Under the pieces are notes generated by a model. That model was not told where the DNA came from, did not search any database, and saw nothing but the letters and a program-made list of their open reading frames with translations. Both the position numbers and the translations under genes were made by a program. 64,000 nucleotides of DNA. Origin: Nannocystales bacterium (lineage in GTDB: Bacteria > Myxococcota_A > Polyangia > Nannocystales > Nannocystaceae). Shown piece after piece: positions 37,074-46,016 of the stretch. The stretch is from positions 206,879 to 270,878 of the forward strand of contig JBOEGF010000014.1 in the NCBI GenBank assembly GCA_050633305.1, read 5' to 3'. Numbering within the stretch: the first letter of the stretch is position 1; each line of letters starts with the position of its first letter.

Positions 37074-37919
37074 ATGAAAGCTCGATTGCTCTCGATTCCA
37101 CTCGCCCTCGGGCTGGCGTCGTGCGACGCCTCGTCCGAGGGGTCCGATCCCGAGTTCCGCATCGCCTTTGACGTGCGGGCGAACGGGGACTCGTTCCGCT
37201 GCGGCGGGAGCTACGACGGAATCGGAGTTGCGAACACGACAGTCGAACCCCTCGACATCCGACTGTACGTTCACGATGTCCACCTGGTCACGGCCAGTGG
37301 CGGTGAAGTCCCTCTCGATCTTTCGGCCGACCAGACCTGGCAGCGGGACGGTGTTGCCCTGCTCGACTTTGCCGACGATACGGGACGGTGCGCGACCGGG
37401 AGCCCACAGACCAACATGGAGATTGTGGGCACGGCAGACGTCGATGAAGATGTGGTCGGGGTCAGCTTCACACTGGGGCTCCCCACGGAGTCCAACCACA
37501 TCGACGCGGTCCGCAGCCCGGCTCCGTTCAACGCTCCCGGGATGTGGTGGAGCTGGACCGGTGGCTTCAAGTACGCGCGAATCGACGTCGCCACGCCGAC
37601 CCATCCCGCGTGGTTCCTTCACCTGGGTGCGACGAGCTGTGAGGGGAGCCCTGCAGAGGGCATCGAGTGCGCATGGACGAACGTCCCACGCATCGAACTC
37701 TCAGGCATGGACCCTCAGACCGACACGGTCGTGCTGGAACTCGGGTCGCTGTACGCAGACTCCGACCTCGATGCGCCCATCGACTACGAGAGCGACTTCA
37801 TCAACGGTTGCATGGCGTTCTCGGGCGACCCCGAGTGCGCGCCCATCTTCGAGCGCCTCGGCGTCGAGTTCGAGGGCGAACGCACCTTCGAGCAGCAGGC
37901 CTTCACCGCCGAACCATAG
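37074..37919 (+). CDS. mbnP: MbnP-family copper-binding lipoprotein
   Basis: Lipobox LASC, DIRLYVHDV, WQRDGVALLDF, MWWSWTGGFKY (WxW motif), FLHLGATSC, CMAFSGDPEC. Confidence 0.85.
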   Translation: MKARLLSIPLALGLASCDASSEGSDPEFRIAFDVRANGDSFRCGGSYDGIGVANTTVEPLDIRLYVHDVHLVTASGGEVPLDLSADQTWQRDGVALLDFADDTGRCATGSPQTNMEIVGTADVDEDVVGVSFTLGLPTESNHIDAVRSPAPFNAPGMWWSWTGGFKYARIDVATPTHPAWFLHLGATSCEGSPAEGIECAWTNVPRIELSGMDPQTDTVVLELGSLYADSDLDAPIDYESDFINGCMAFSGDPECAPIFERLGVEFEGERTFEQQAFTAEP

Positions 37920-37943
37920 AGAACCTCAGGAGGTCAAGACACG

Positions 37944-38495
37944 ATGAAGACTCTTCACCCGATCCTCTTCGCAGGGCTTCTCGTCGGCACGGTGACCGGT
38001 TGCGACGACGCCGAAGCACCCGCGACCGAAGCCGATGCGGAGCCCGGCGACCCGGCATTCATCCGCGACCCGGCGCTGGACGTCGACAACATCAGCGCCG
38101 CGGACGAGTCGAAGAGCCACAACGCGGGCATGAACTGCATGCAGTGCCATCAGTCGCTCGGCGCTGGCCTCGGACAGTTCACCGTGGCGGGCACGCTATA
38201 CGGGCCCGACGACGCGCCTGTCCCCAACGCGACGCTCGAGCTATGGACCGCACCGGAGCGACAAGGCGAGTTGGTCACGGCCATCGAGGCCGACGCCTAC
38301 GGAAACGTGTTCTCGACCGAGCCGCTGCCGTTCCCCGAGCAACGACTGTTCGTCTGGGTCGAGTCCGAGGATGCCTCGCTGAGCGCTGCCATGCCGTTCC
38401 CAACCGCGTCGGGGTCCTGCAACCACTGCCACGCTGGAGGGTTCAAAGTTCGCCTCGAGCCGCCTGCTGAGGACGACGGTGAGAGCGGCGAATAG
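37944..38495 (+). CDS. Small di-heme c-type cytochrome lipoprotein
   Basis: AGGAGG upstream, lipobox VTGC, two CxxCH motifs (CMQCH, CNHCH). Confidence 0.75.
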   Translation: MKTLHPILFAGLLVGTVTGCDDAEAPATEADAEPGDPAFIRDPALDVDNISAADESKSHNAGMNCMQCHQSLGAGLGQFTVAGTLYGPDDAPVPNATLELWTAPERQGELVTAIEADAYGNVFSTEPLPFPEQRLFVWVESEDASLSAAMPFPTASGSCNHCHAGGFKVRLEPPAEDDGESGE

Positions 38496-39588
38496 GCTCG
38501 CCTGGCTGCTCGTTGTGGCGGGGGGCTGCCAGGAGATGCCCTCTTCGTCTCCGTGGGTCTGGGAGCTTCCCATGGGGCAGCCGGCGCCGATGGTTCCCTC
38601 CGAGTCGCCGATGAGTGCCGCCCGCGTGGAGCTGGGGCGACACCTCTTCTACGACGTTCGACTCTCGGGCAACGGCGAGCAAGCGTGTGCGAGCTGCCAC
38701 GAGCAGGCGAGAGCGTTCACCGATGGTGAAGCAACTCCGGTGGGGTCGACCGGAGATCCGGTTCCGCGAAACTCGATGACCCTGACCAACGTCGCGTATC
38801 GAAACACCCTCGCGTGGTCGAACCCGGCGCTGACCGACCTCGAGTCTCATGCCCTGGTGCCGCTGTTCGGCGAGTTTCCCGTCGAGCTTGGGCTGACGGG
38901 CGTCGAGGGGCAGGTTTTTGAGCGACTCGAGAGTGACCCGTTGTACCCGGCGTTGTTCGGCGACGCGGGGTTGCCTGTCACGACCGGTGCTGTCACGTCT
39001 GCGCTCGCCTCGTTCCAGCGCACCCTGTTGTCGTACGACAGCCCCTACGACCGCTGGGTCGCGGGGGACGTGCATGCGCTCTCCGAGGCCGCTCAGCGCG
39101 GTGCGGACGTCTTCTTCTCCGAAGCGGGCGAGTGTTACCACTGCCACGGCGGATTCGACTTCACCAACGATGTGCGCACGACCGACCTCCCAGCGGGGGC
39201 ATCGGCGTTCGCAAACACGGGCCTTTACAACGTCGAGGGCACCGGACGTTATCCCGAGCCCAACGTTGGTCTCGTCGAATTCACCGGGGCTGCTCCAGAC
39301 ATGGGTCGCTTTCGGGTTCCGACGCTGCGCAATGTCGCCGTGACCGCCCCGTACATGCACGACGGCTCGGTCGAGACGCTCGAAGAGGTGGTGCGACACT
39401 ACGTGCGAGGCGGGTCGAATCACGAACAGGGTCCGTGGGCGGGCGATGGCGCCGAAAACCCCTACAAGGACAGCCTCATTCGCCCCCTCGATCTCGACGA
39501 TACTGATGTGGCGGACGTTGTTGCGTTCTTGGAGGCGCTGACGGACGAGGCGTTTCTCGAAGACCCTCGCTACGCAGACCCTTGGTGA
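38479..39588 (+). CDS. mbnH: MbnH-family di-heme enzyme (MauG/CCP superfamily)
   Basis: LGRHLFYD.RLS, CASCH, RNSMTL.NVAY, CYHCH, FRVPTLRNVAVTAPYMHDGS. Same gene cluster as mbnP. Confidence 0.85.
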   Translation: MRAANRLAWLLVVAGGCQEMPSSSPWVWELPMGQPAPMVPSESPMSAARVELGRHLFYDVRLSGNGEQACASCHEQARAFTDGEATPVGSTGDPVPRNSMTLTNVAYRNTLAWSNPALTDLESHALVPLFGEFPVELGLTGVEGQVFERLESDPLYPALFGDAGLPVTTGAVTSALASFQRTLLSYDSPYDRWVAGDVHALSEAAQRGADVFFSEAGECYHCHGGFDFTNDVRTTDLPAGASAFANTGLYNVEGTGRYPEPNVGLVEFTGAAPDMGRFRVPTLRNVAVTAPYMHDGSVETLEEVVRHYVRGGSNHEQGPWAGDGAENPYKDSLIRPLDLDDTDVADVVAFLEALTDEAFLEDPRYADPW

Positions 39589-39872
39589 ACAGAGTCCGGC
39601 CCATGTCGGGTACTCTAGGGTGGGGTGCGTTTCGGCCGCGGCGACGGTGTCCGACCGGTCGGATTCACGGACGCGACACCACGAGGTGCCCTCAGCGTCA
39701 CGGTTCGGTATCGCTCGGGTCAGGGACATGGGGCGCGCCCCAATCGCGTCCGCAGTGGCGCGCTCGGGCGCTTTGTCGGTACTCTGAAGTCGGGGGCGGG
39801 ATGCGGAGCAACGCGACATTGGGCCGGCGAAGGCCGTGGGTGCAGCAACGCTCGGGGCGTTCAACCACGCAC

Positions 39873-40466
39873 GTGAAGCTCGACGTCAAATGCAGCACGT
39901 GTGGCGGGGACAACTACGGGCGGCACAAATACTGCGGTTGGTGTGGCGTCGAAATGGGCGCTCCGGATGTGGTGGATGAGGTGACCGACCACGCTGCGGT
40001 GGGTGGGGACGTCGTGGATTCGACCGCGGTTGGTCCGCTTGCCAGCGAGCGGACCAACCCCGGCGGCGTCGCGGATGCGGACGCCACGGTGATGCGGTCT
40101 GCCGTCGCCACGCCCCTCGATGGACTCATCGTCTCGATGCTCGGCGAGCTGGGTGCCGGCCGTCCGTCGCGATCGCGTCCGGTCTTGTACCGCCTTGATC
40201 TGGGAGAGCCGTTCGACGTGGACGGGCCGAGCATCGAGGCCCCGGGTACGTTTACGGCGACGGTCGAAGGTCTCCGTCTCGATTCTCTGGGCTCCCTCGA
40301 GGGGGTCTATCGGCGGGTGCGGCGAGACGAGAAGCCCATCGCGTACCGCCGTCTCCGAGTCATCCGAGAGCTCGGGACGTTTCAAGCACTGGCGCCGGGA
40401 GAGACGATCTCCGTGGGGTGCATGGCGATCTTGGACCGCGTGCTCGTGCGTATCGAGCCGGCGTAG
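39873..40466 (+). CDS. Zinc-ribbon protein with a degenerate FHA-like C-terminus
   Basis: CSTC...CGWCG at the N-terminus; DSLGSLEGVYRR resembles FHA DLGSxNG. Start taken at GTG 39873. Confidence 0.55.
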   Translation: MKLDVKCSTCGGDNYGRHKYCGWCGVEMGAPDVVDEVTDHAAVGGDVVDSTAVGPLASERTNPGGVADADATVMRSAVATPLDGLIVSMLGELGAGRPSRSRPVLYRLDLGEPFDVDGPSIEAPGTFTATVEGLRLDSLGSLEGVYRRVRRDEKPIAYRRLRVIRELGTFQALAPGETISVGCMAILDRVLVRIEPA

Positions 40467-40529
40467 GGCGACGCGGAAGGCCCTCGCCCAGTGGACGCCG
40501 CCGCCCGCGCCGTGCATGATGCCGCCACC

Positions 40530-40796
40530 ATGAAGCTCAAAGACATCGCGTCCACTCTCGCTGTCCTCGGTTCCGGAGCGCTCTTCCTTTCCGGTTGCGA
40601 CAAAGAGAAGCCGGCGACCGAGGTCCCCGACGCTGCCGTTCCGGCCGCCGAAGCTGGTGAAGGCTCCTGCTCAGCCGACGATCATCCCGCGGATGGCCAT
40701 TGTGGCGGTGACACGGCCGACGCCGAGGGCGAAGGCTCCTGCGGAGGCGAGAAGGCCGAAGGCGAAGCTGAGGGCGAAGGCTCCTGCGGCGGCTGA
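40530..40796 (+). CDS. Small acidic lipoprotein with EGSCGG repeats (possible MNIO/DUF692-type RiPP precursor)
   Basis: MKLKDIASTLAVLGSGALFLSGC signal/lipobox. Core has EGSCS, DGHCGG, EGSCGG, EGSCGG-stop. Confidence 0.7.
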   Translation: MKLKDIASTLAVLGSGALFLSGCDKEKPATEVPDAAVPAAEAGEGSCSADDHPADGHCGGDTADAEGEGSCGGEKAEGEAEGEGSCGG

Positions 40797-40815
40797 GCAG
40801 AACCTGCTCCCGCAA

Positions 40816-40848
40816 AGAAAGCCCGCGGTCGATGGCCGCGGGCTTTCT
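40816..40848. terminator. Bidirectional intrinsic terminator
   Basis: 13-bp perfect stem AGAAAGCCCGCGG / CCGCGGGCTTTCT between convergent genes. Confidence 0.8.
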
Positions 40849-40874
40849 CAATTGGCATCAGCGATGCTCCCTCG

Positions 40875-42407
40875 CTAGTCCAGGGGCCAGATCTCCGGCG
40901 GTCGTCGCTCGGGTGGGGGGGTCGCAGCGCCGCGCCGCTGCAGGTTGGCGATGAACAGGTCGATATACCGGAGATCATCCTCAATGTCGGCGTCGTCGTT
41001 GCGCTCGAGCCACAGCGAGACACTCTCGCGCAGCGGCTGCAGCACTCCGAGCGCGCCTGACAGATCTCCGTATGCGGAGCGCGTCGCGGCCATGTCGAAC
41101 CCGGCGTAGATGTTGAGCATGACGAACGCCTTCTCCACGCCTGTACTTTCGAACTCTCCGTTATCGGGCGTGTCTCCCGGAGGCAGAGCCGACGTGATTG
41201 GGACCTCTTGGACCACGGTCTCCTCGCTGCCGGGGACCGAGTAGCTCATGACGAGCGTTCCGACGGAGCCGGGGCCCACAGAAGCGTCCAGCGGGGTGAC
41301 CTCCGCGATGATCGCACCGCCGCCGCCACGTCGTCCGCCCGCGTCGTCGTCTGTGGCGGTGCGGTGCGCCAGCTGAAGCGCGGGGATGTCGATACTCGCC
41401 TCGTTGCCCGCGAGCTCGGCCCCTTGGGTCCCGTAGATCGCTCGCAGCGAGTACCCGTCGCTCACACTCACATCAATGCGGACGTCGGTCGCAAGGGGGA
41501 GAAGGAAGGCCTGTACCTCCTCCTCGAAGACTTCTCGGACCGCTTCGGGGTTCTCCAGGAAGTAGAACGCGCCCCCGCCAGTCACGGCGAGTTCTCGCAT
41601 GAGTTCGGGGTCGAAGCTCTGACCGATGCCGATCGTGGTGAGCCCAAACCCGAGCTCATTGTATTGCCGGGACATCTCCGCGACACGAGCATCCTCGGTG
41701 ATGCCCGAGGTGGCCTCCCCATCCGACAGCAGAATCACGCGGTTTTGGTAGCCCTCCACAGCGTGGGCCTGAACCGTGTCGTAGGCCTCACGCAGACCCG
41801 CGTAGATGTTGGTGCTGCCACCTGCTTCGATGAGCCCGATCGCTTCGGAGAACTCCGGGTCGTCGCCCGCGACGTTTTCCACGAGAATCTCCGCGGTGCC
41901 GTCGAAGGCGATGAGCGAGACCCGATCCTCCGGTCGAAGGTCGTCGAGCATGCGAAACAGGCCTTCGCGGAGGCTGGTGATGTTGGTCCCACGCATGGAG
42001 CCGGATACATCGACCGCGATAGACAAGTTGAGCGGGGGACGTTCCAGTGTCGTCGGGTCGATAGCCGTGTTCATCCCCAGCAGCATCAAGGTGCAGTTGC
42101 TGCCCGTGATCATGTTGCCCATCACGCCGAGTTGCCCGTGAAGGCAGACATCGTCGCTACAGGTCGGGGCCGGGAACTCGACCTTGTGCTCGTTGAAGAA
42201 GCCCACGTCATCGAGCGTCGCGGGGTGCGGGAGACCGCCGTCGTCGAGGATCTGTCGAAACTCGCCGAAGTCTTGTGCTCCGCCCTGGGCAACACCAGCG
42301 CCGCCAGCGGCACCCGAGGCCGCCCCTGAATCACTTTCGTCGGAGCCGCAGCCGGACGCGAGGGAGAGGACCGAGCAGACAAGCGAAATCAGTGCATTCT
42401 TCTTCAT
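40875..42407 (-). CDS. von Willebrand factor A domain lipoprotein
   Basis: Lipobox ASGC, MIDAS DVSGS, GGSTN, ILLSDG. Confidence 0.9.
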   Translation of the reverse strand: MKKNALISLVCSVLSLASGCGSDESDSGAASGAAGGAGVAQGGAQDFGEFRQILDDGGLPHPATLDDVGFFNEHKVEFPAPTCSDDVCLHGQLGVMGNMITGSNCTLMLLGMNTAIDPTTLERPPLNLSIAVDVSGSMRGTNITSLREGLFRMLDDLRPEDRVSLIAFDGTAEILVENVAGDDPEFSEAIGLIEAGGSTNIYAGLREAYDTVQAHAVEGYQNRVILLSDGEATSGITEDARVAEMSRQYNELGFGLTTIGIGQSFDPELMRELAVTGGGAFYFLENPEAVREVFEEEVQAFLLPLATDVRIDVSVSDGYSLRAIYGTQGAELAGNEASIDIPALQLAHRTATDDDAGGRRGGGGAIIAEVTPLDASVGPGSVGTLVMSYSVPGSEETVVQEVPITSALPPGDTPDNGEFESTGVEKAFVMLNIYAGFDMAATRSAYGDLSGALGVLQPLRESVSLWLERNDDADIEDDLRYIDLFIANLQRRGAATPPPERRPPEIWPLD

Positions 42408-42409
42408 CG

Positions 42410-43978
42410 TTACTCTCCTCCTCGTGCGCGGCGAATCGCGACGAGTTCAAGGTCAACTCCGAGTTCAAGCGGGCCGCTGTCGCACGCGGTATCAGCGACG
42501 AGTCGCTCTGATGCATGGACGAGGTGGAGCTCGAGGGTTTCGGTTTCGCTTTGTGTCGTGGCCGGGACCTCGGCGTCCTGTCGCACGCTGACCGACTCGA
42601 ACCCGCCGCCGACCATCGAGACTGAGACCGCACGGCGCACGGTGCCGCAAGCCTCCTCGGGAAGGGCTTCACAGGAGAGTTCGGGGTCGATCAGGGCTTG
42701 CATGCCGTAGACGGTGGAGCCGCCATTGCTGCGAAGCGCGGTGAGCGTGGTGTCGGGTTCGCCGGTCTGAGGGTCTCGGCGGGTGAGGGCGACGGCCTGA
42801 GTCACCCCGTTCGTCGAGGCATCATGCACTTCGATGAAGTCGCCCTGTGCGAAGGGAAAGGCGTCGTGCGGGAGGCACAGCTCCCACGGCGTTCCCGGAA
42901 CATCGAGCTGCTCTTCAAACCCGGTGCTGAGAGCGACTTGAACGCAGCCGTCCAATCCCTCGTCGACGCTGGATAGGATCCATTCGCCCGCGGGAGTGTC
43001 GCCCCACGCGAGGCGACTGGACGCGGACGAGGGGGTACAAGCGCCTGGCTCGGGGGCAGCGAGGGCTCCGATGCGGAAGACGAGGTCGTCCTGTGTTTCG
43101 TATGTTCCGACACCATCGTTGTCGAACGCGACCGAGATCCATCCTGTGGTATCGGGTGTGATTCCGGTCCCGTCGACGAAACTCTGTGGGTACTGGCCCT
43201 CGCGCCAGAAGACGACGGAGGGGGCGAGGTTGTCCGCGTCGATCCAAGCGGCGTGGCAACTGCGCATGGGTCGGTCCCAGAGTTCGAGGACAGGCATCGT
43301 CGCATCCGCGGCGAGCGTCCAGCTCTGCGCATCGTCGAACAGTGCGTCGCGGAGGTAGCGGGCGGGGTCCTCTTCGACGAGGTCGCAGTCGAACTCGGCC
43401 GACTCCTTCAGCGGACGGATGCGCAGCACGATGTCGAACTCGTTGGCGTTGTGGATGTACGTGTCGGCTTCGAAGGACCCAAAGAAAGGCTCTTGAACCT
43501 GACTGGTCGCGACGCAGCAGAGCATCCCCGCGGAGGCCACTGCGACCTCGCCCGTGACGTGGTGTGCAACACGCTGTGCGGCCATGCGCGGCACGAACAC
43601 GTAGCTGATCGCCAGTGCCGGCAGCGTGAGCAGATCGGTGAGGTCCGAGGTGATCGACCAAGGAAACCCGACCATGCCCATGAGTCCGGACCAGGTGTCG
43701 GCGGCGACTGGCGAGACCTGAATGGCGGAAAAGACGGCTCCGATGCCGACGTGGGCAAACGCCCAGCCGCGGCGGGAGCGAACGCGTACGAGGACGGCCA
43801 GCAGGAGTGGCGCAGCGAACAGTCCGACGACGTCGCTGAGTTTTCCGGCGAACCATCCGGGCACCAGGCCCGAGCCCTTGAGCAGATGGTCGTTGATCGC
43901 CAGCATGGCAACGGCGCCGAGCCACACGGGGTGGAGCAGCGCGCGTCGCAGCAGGGGAGTTGGGGGGGTCTCAGTCAT
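42410..43978 (-). CDS. Membrane protein with a large Cys-containing extracytoplasmic domain
   Basis: N-terminal 4-5 TM block (INDHLLK...GKLSDVVGLF...SDLTDL), then CCVATS and an acidic soluble domain. Ends 2 bp before the VWA gene. Start taken at ATG 43978. Confidence 0.7.
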   Translation of the reverse strand: MTETPPTPLLRRALLHPVWLGAVAMLAINDHLLKGSGLVPGWFAGKLSDVVGLFAAPLLLAVLVRVRSRRGWAFAHVGIGAVFSAIQVSPVAADTWSGLMGMVGFPWSITSDLTDLLTLPALAISYVFVPRMAAQRVAHHVTGEVAVASAGMLCCVATSQVQEPFFGSFEADTYIHNANEFDIVLRIRPLKESAEFDCDLVEEDPARYLRDALFDDAQSWTLAADATMPVLELWDRPMRSCHAAWIDADNLAPSVVFWREGQYPQSFVDGTGITPDTTGWISVAFDNDGVGTYETQDDLVFRIGALAAPEPGACTPSSASSRLAWGDTPAGEWILSSVDEGLDGCVQVALSTGFEEQLDVPGTPWELCLPHDAFPFAQGDFIEVHDASTNGVTQAVALTRRDPQTGEPDTTLTALRSNGGSTVYGMQALIDPELSCEALPEEACGTVRRAVSVSMVGGGFESVSVRQDAEVPATTQSETETLELHLVHASERLVADTACDSGPLELGVDLELVAIRRARGGE

Positions 43979-44008
43979 GAAAATCCTCGCAGCTAAGGGG
44001 TACGCAGG

Positions 44009-44326
44009 GGTAGTGCCGGCTCCCCGGGAAACGATCACGGGGGTGTCGTGGTGTTCGCGGATCCCGCGTGGTCTGCCGACAGGTAGGCAGGAGGTGTTGG
44101 AGCGCCTGTCCGCCCTGGCTCTCGCCGCCGCTCGGCCTGTGGGTCGGTGGGCGCGACGTTTCGGGCGTCGCTGATTCGCCTGGCGGCGTCGCCGAGGCCC
44201 CGGAGTCGCGGCAACGAGCGCGGCGTCGGTCATTTTTGGGGCTGATCCCCACCCGGAGGGGAGCCGACACGCGCCCGGATCCACAGGGTGCAAACACGGT
44301 AGTGCCCGCCGGACACGAAACGATCA
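44009..44326 (-). promoter_or_regulatory. Duplicated bipartite motif (two copies)
   Basis: GGTAGTGCC-N10-GAAACGATCA at 44009-44037 and 44298-44326, with identical boxes and different spacers. Confidence 0.55.
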
Positions 44327-44407
44327 GATCGGGATGCTGTGATTCCACATCCTCACGAAGCCACGAATTCGCGGGCCCAACGGCGGTTTTGCGGCTACCG
44401 TGAGGCC

Positions 44408-44917
44408 ATGCGCTTGGATTATTGGAAGCTCGCGGTGTTCGCGGGTGTGCTGCTCGGGGGATGCGGCGATGCCGAAAGTGACCTCTCCGACGAGATGCCG
44501 GAGGACCTCCCCGCCGGTCAATCGGCCACCGACGGTGAGACCGAATCGGCGTCGGCCTCGAGCACGACTGGGTCGGGAGCAAACGGGGGCGAGACCACGG
44601 GTGGTCCAGCCCCCGCGTGTCAGAGTTCGGACGATTGTCTCGGGCTCAACGTCTGCGTCGCGCCGTGGGATCCCGAGACACAGACCGCCGGCGAGCCCGA
44701 CTGTGCCTTCGCCTGCATCCCCTCGTATGACGAGATGCAGTGGTGTGCCGATGCCGCGGCCTGCTGCGACCCGGAGGCGATTTGTACCGCGCGGGGATAC
44801 TGCGTGCCCCCGCAGGAGCCTGGCTCTGCGGACTCCAGCTCCGGAGGCTCACCGACCAGCTCGACCGGGGATGGCTCGACGGGCGGAGACTCCACCGGAA
44901 CCGGGGGTGGGCAATGA
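44408..44917 (+). CDS. Cys-rich lipoprotein, tandem paralog 1 of 5
   Basis: Lipobox LGGC, LSDEMPEDLPAG, 10-Cys domain ending CTARGYC. Confidence 0.85.
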   Translation: MRLDYWKLAVFAGVLLGGCGDAESDLSDEMPEDLPAGQSATDGETESASASSTTGSGANGGETTGGPAPACQSSDDCLGLNVCVAPWDPETQTAGEPDCAFACIPSYDEMQWCADAAACCDPEAICTARGYCVPPQEPGSADSSSGGSPTSSTGDGSTGGDSTGTGGGQ

Positions 44918-45456
44918 GTAAGAGTCGCCAGAGTCGTTGGTTGCTCGCGTCGCTGCTACTCCTTGGTTGCGATGCCGACTCCGCGTCCGATGGTGTTGCT
45001 TCGAGTGATACCGATGTGTTCGGGGACGACATGCCCGACGATTTTCCGGCTGGCAGCTGTGCAGAGACGGCGGGCGAGGACTGTGAGACTGAGGGCGACG
45101 GCGCGGGGGAGAGCGTTGGGGATAGCGCTGTCACCGACGGTGCCCCTGCCGGCTGCGTCGCCGAAGGGTGTGTTGGACAGGGGGTCTGCGTCGCGCCGTG
45201 GGACGAAACCGCCGAGGCACTTGGCGAGTTCGAGTGTCGTTTCAGCTGCGTGCCCCTCCTTGATGACTCGTCGTGGTGCGCCGGTGACGATTCGTGTTGT
45301 GACACCGGAGCGAGGTGCACGGACCGTGGCTACTGCGTGCTCGCCGGAGAAGGCGGTTCGACCGGAAGCGGTTCCGGCGACACAGACACAGATGGATCTC
45401 CGGACACAGATGGACCTCTGGACACAGATGGATCCACGTCTGGAGGTACGGGATGA
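44914..45456 (+). CDS. Cys-rich lipoprotein, tandem paralog 2 of 5
   Basis: ATGA overlap, lipobox LLGC, FGDDMPDDFPAG, 10-Cys domain ending CTDRGYC. Three 18-bp repeats at 45385-45438. Confidence 0.85.
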   Translation: MSKSRQSRWLLASLLLLGCDADSASDGVASSDTDVFGDDMPDDFPAGSCAETAGEDCETEGDGAGESVGDSAVTDGAPAGCVAEGCVGQGVCVAPWDETAEALGEFECRFSCVPLLDDSSWCAGDDSCCDTGARCTDRGYCVLAGEGGSTGSGSGDTDTDGSPDTDGPLDTDGSTSGGTG

Positions 45457-46016
45457 CTCGGGGCCTGGTCATGCTCGCTGTCCTGTTGGTAGCGGGTCTA
45501 GGGTGTAACGGTGAGCCGAACGATTCCCTCGTCCATGACGGGCCCGGCGAGGACCTTTCTGACGAGATGCCCGAGGACCTACCCGCCGGCGAATGCAGAG
45601 CCGGCGACACCGACACTGAGGACTGCGAGATGGGTTCATCCTCGGGCGGTGGCTCGGGAGGTTCGTCGAGTCAGGACGGCGCAGGGGCAGCTTCGGAGTG
45701 CGCCATGACGGAGGAGTGCTCTGGCGCAGGGGCGTGTGCGGCGAGCTGGGAAGAGGGAGGACGGACACCTTTCTCGTGTCGGTTCACGTGCATCCCCACC
45801 TTGGACGAGGGTGCGTGGTGCCGTGACGACGCTTCGTGTTGCGATGTGGATGCGGTCTGCACCGGGCGCGGTTACTGCGTTGTTCCCCAGGGCTCCGAAG
45901 GCTTGGACAACATCATCGCCGGTCCGAAACTCTCGGATGAGATGCCCGAAGACCTTCCTGCGGGCGGCGGCACGCCGGGCGGTTGGCTCATAGGCAAGAC
46001 AGGAAACGTCCCATGA
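45453..46016 (+). CDS. Cys-rich lipoprotein, tandem paralog 3 of 5
   Basis: ATGA overlap, lipobox GLGC, LSDEMPEDLPAG present twice, 10-Cys domain ending CTGRGYC. Confidence 0.85.
   Translation: MTRGLVMLAVLLVAGLGCNGEPNDSLVHDGPGEDLSDEMPEDLPAGECRAGDTDTEDCEMGSSSGGGSGGSSSQDGAGAASECAMTEECSGAGACAASWEEGGRTPFSCRFTCIPTLDEGAWCRDDASCCDVDAVCTGRGYCVVPQGSEGLDNIIAGPKLSDEMPEDLPAGGGTPGGWLIGKTGNVP

Noticed and set aside
39589..39872. Possible ncRNA or N-terminal extension upstream of the zinc-ribbon gene
   Set aside because: No recognisable RNA family motif or strong hairpin, and the translated extension is low-quality Arg/Gly-rich sequence.
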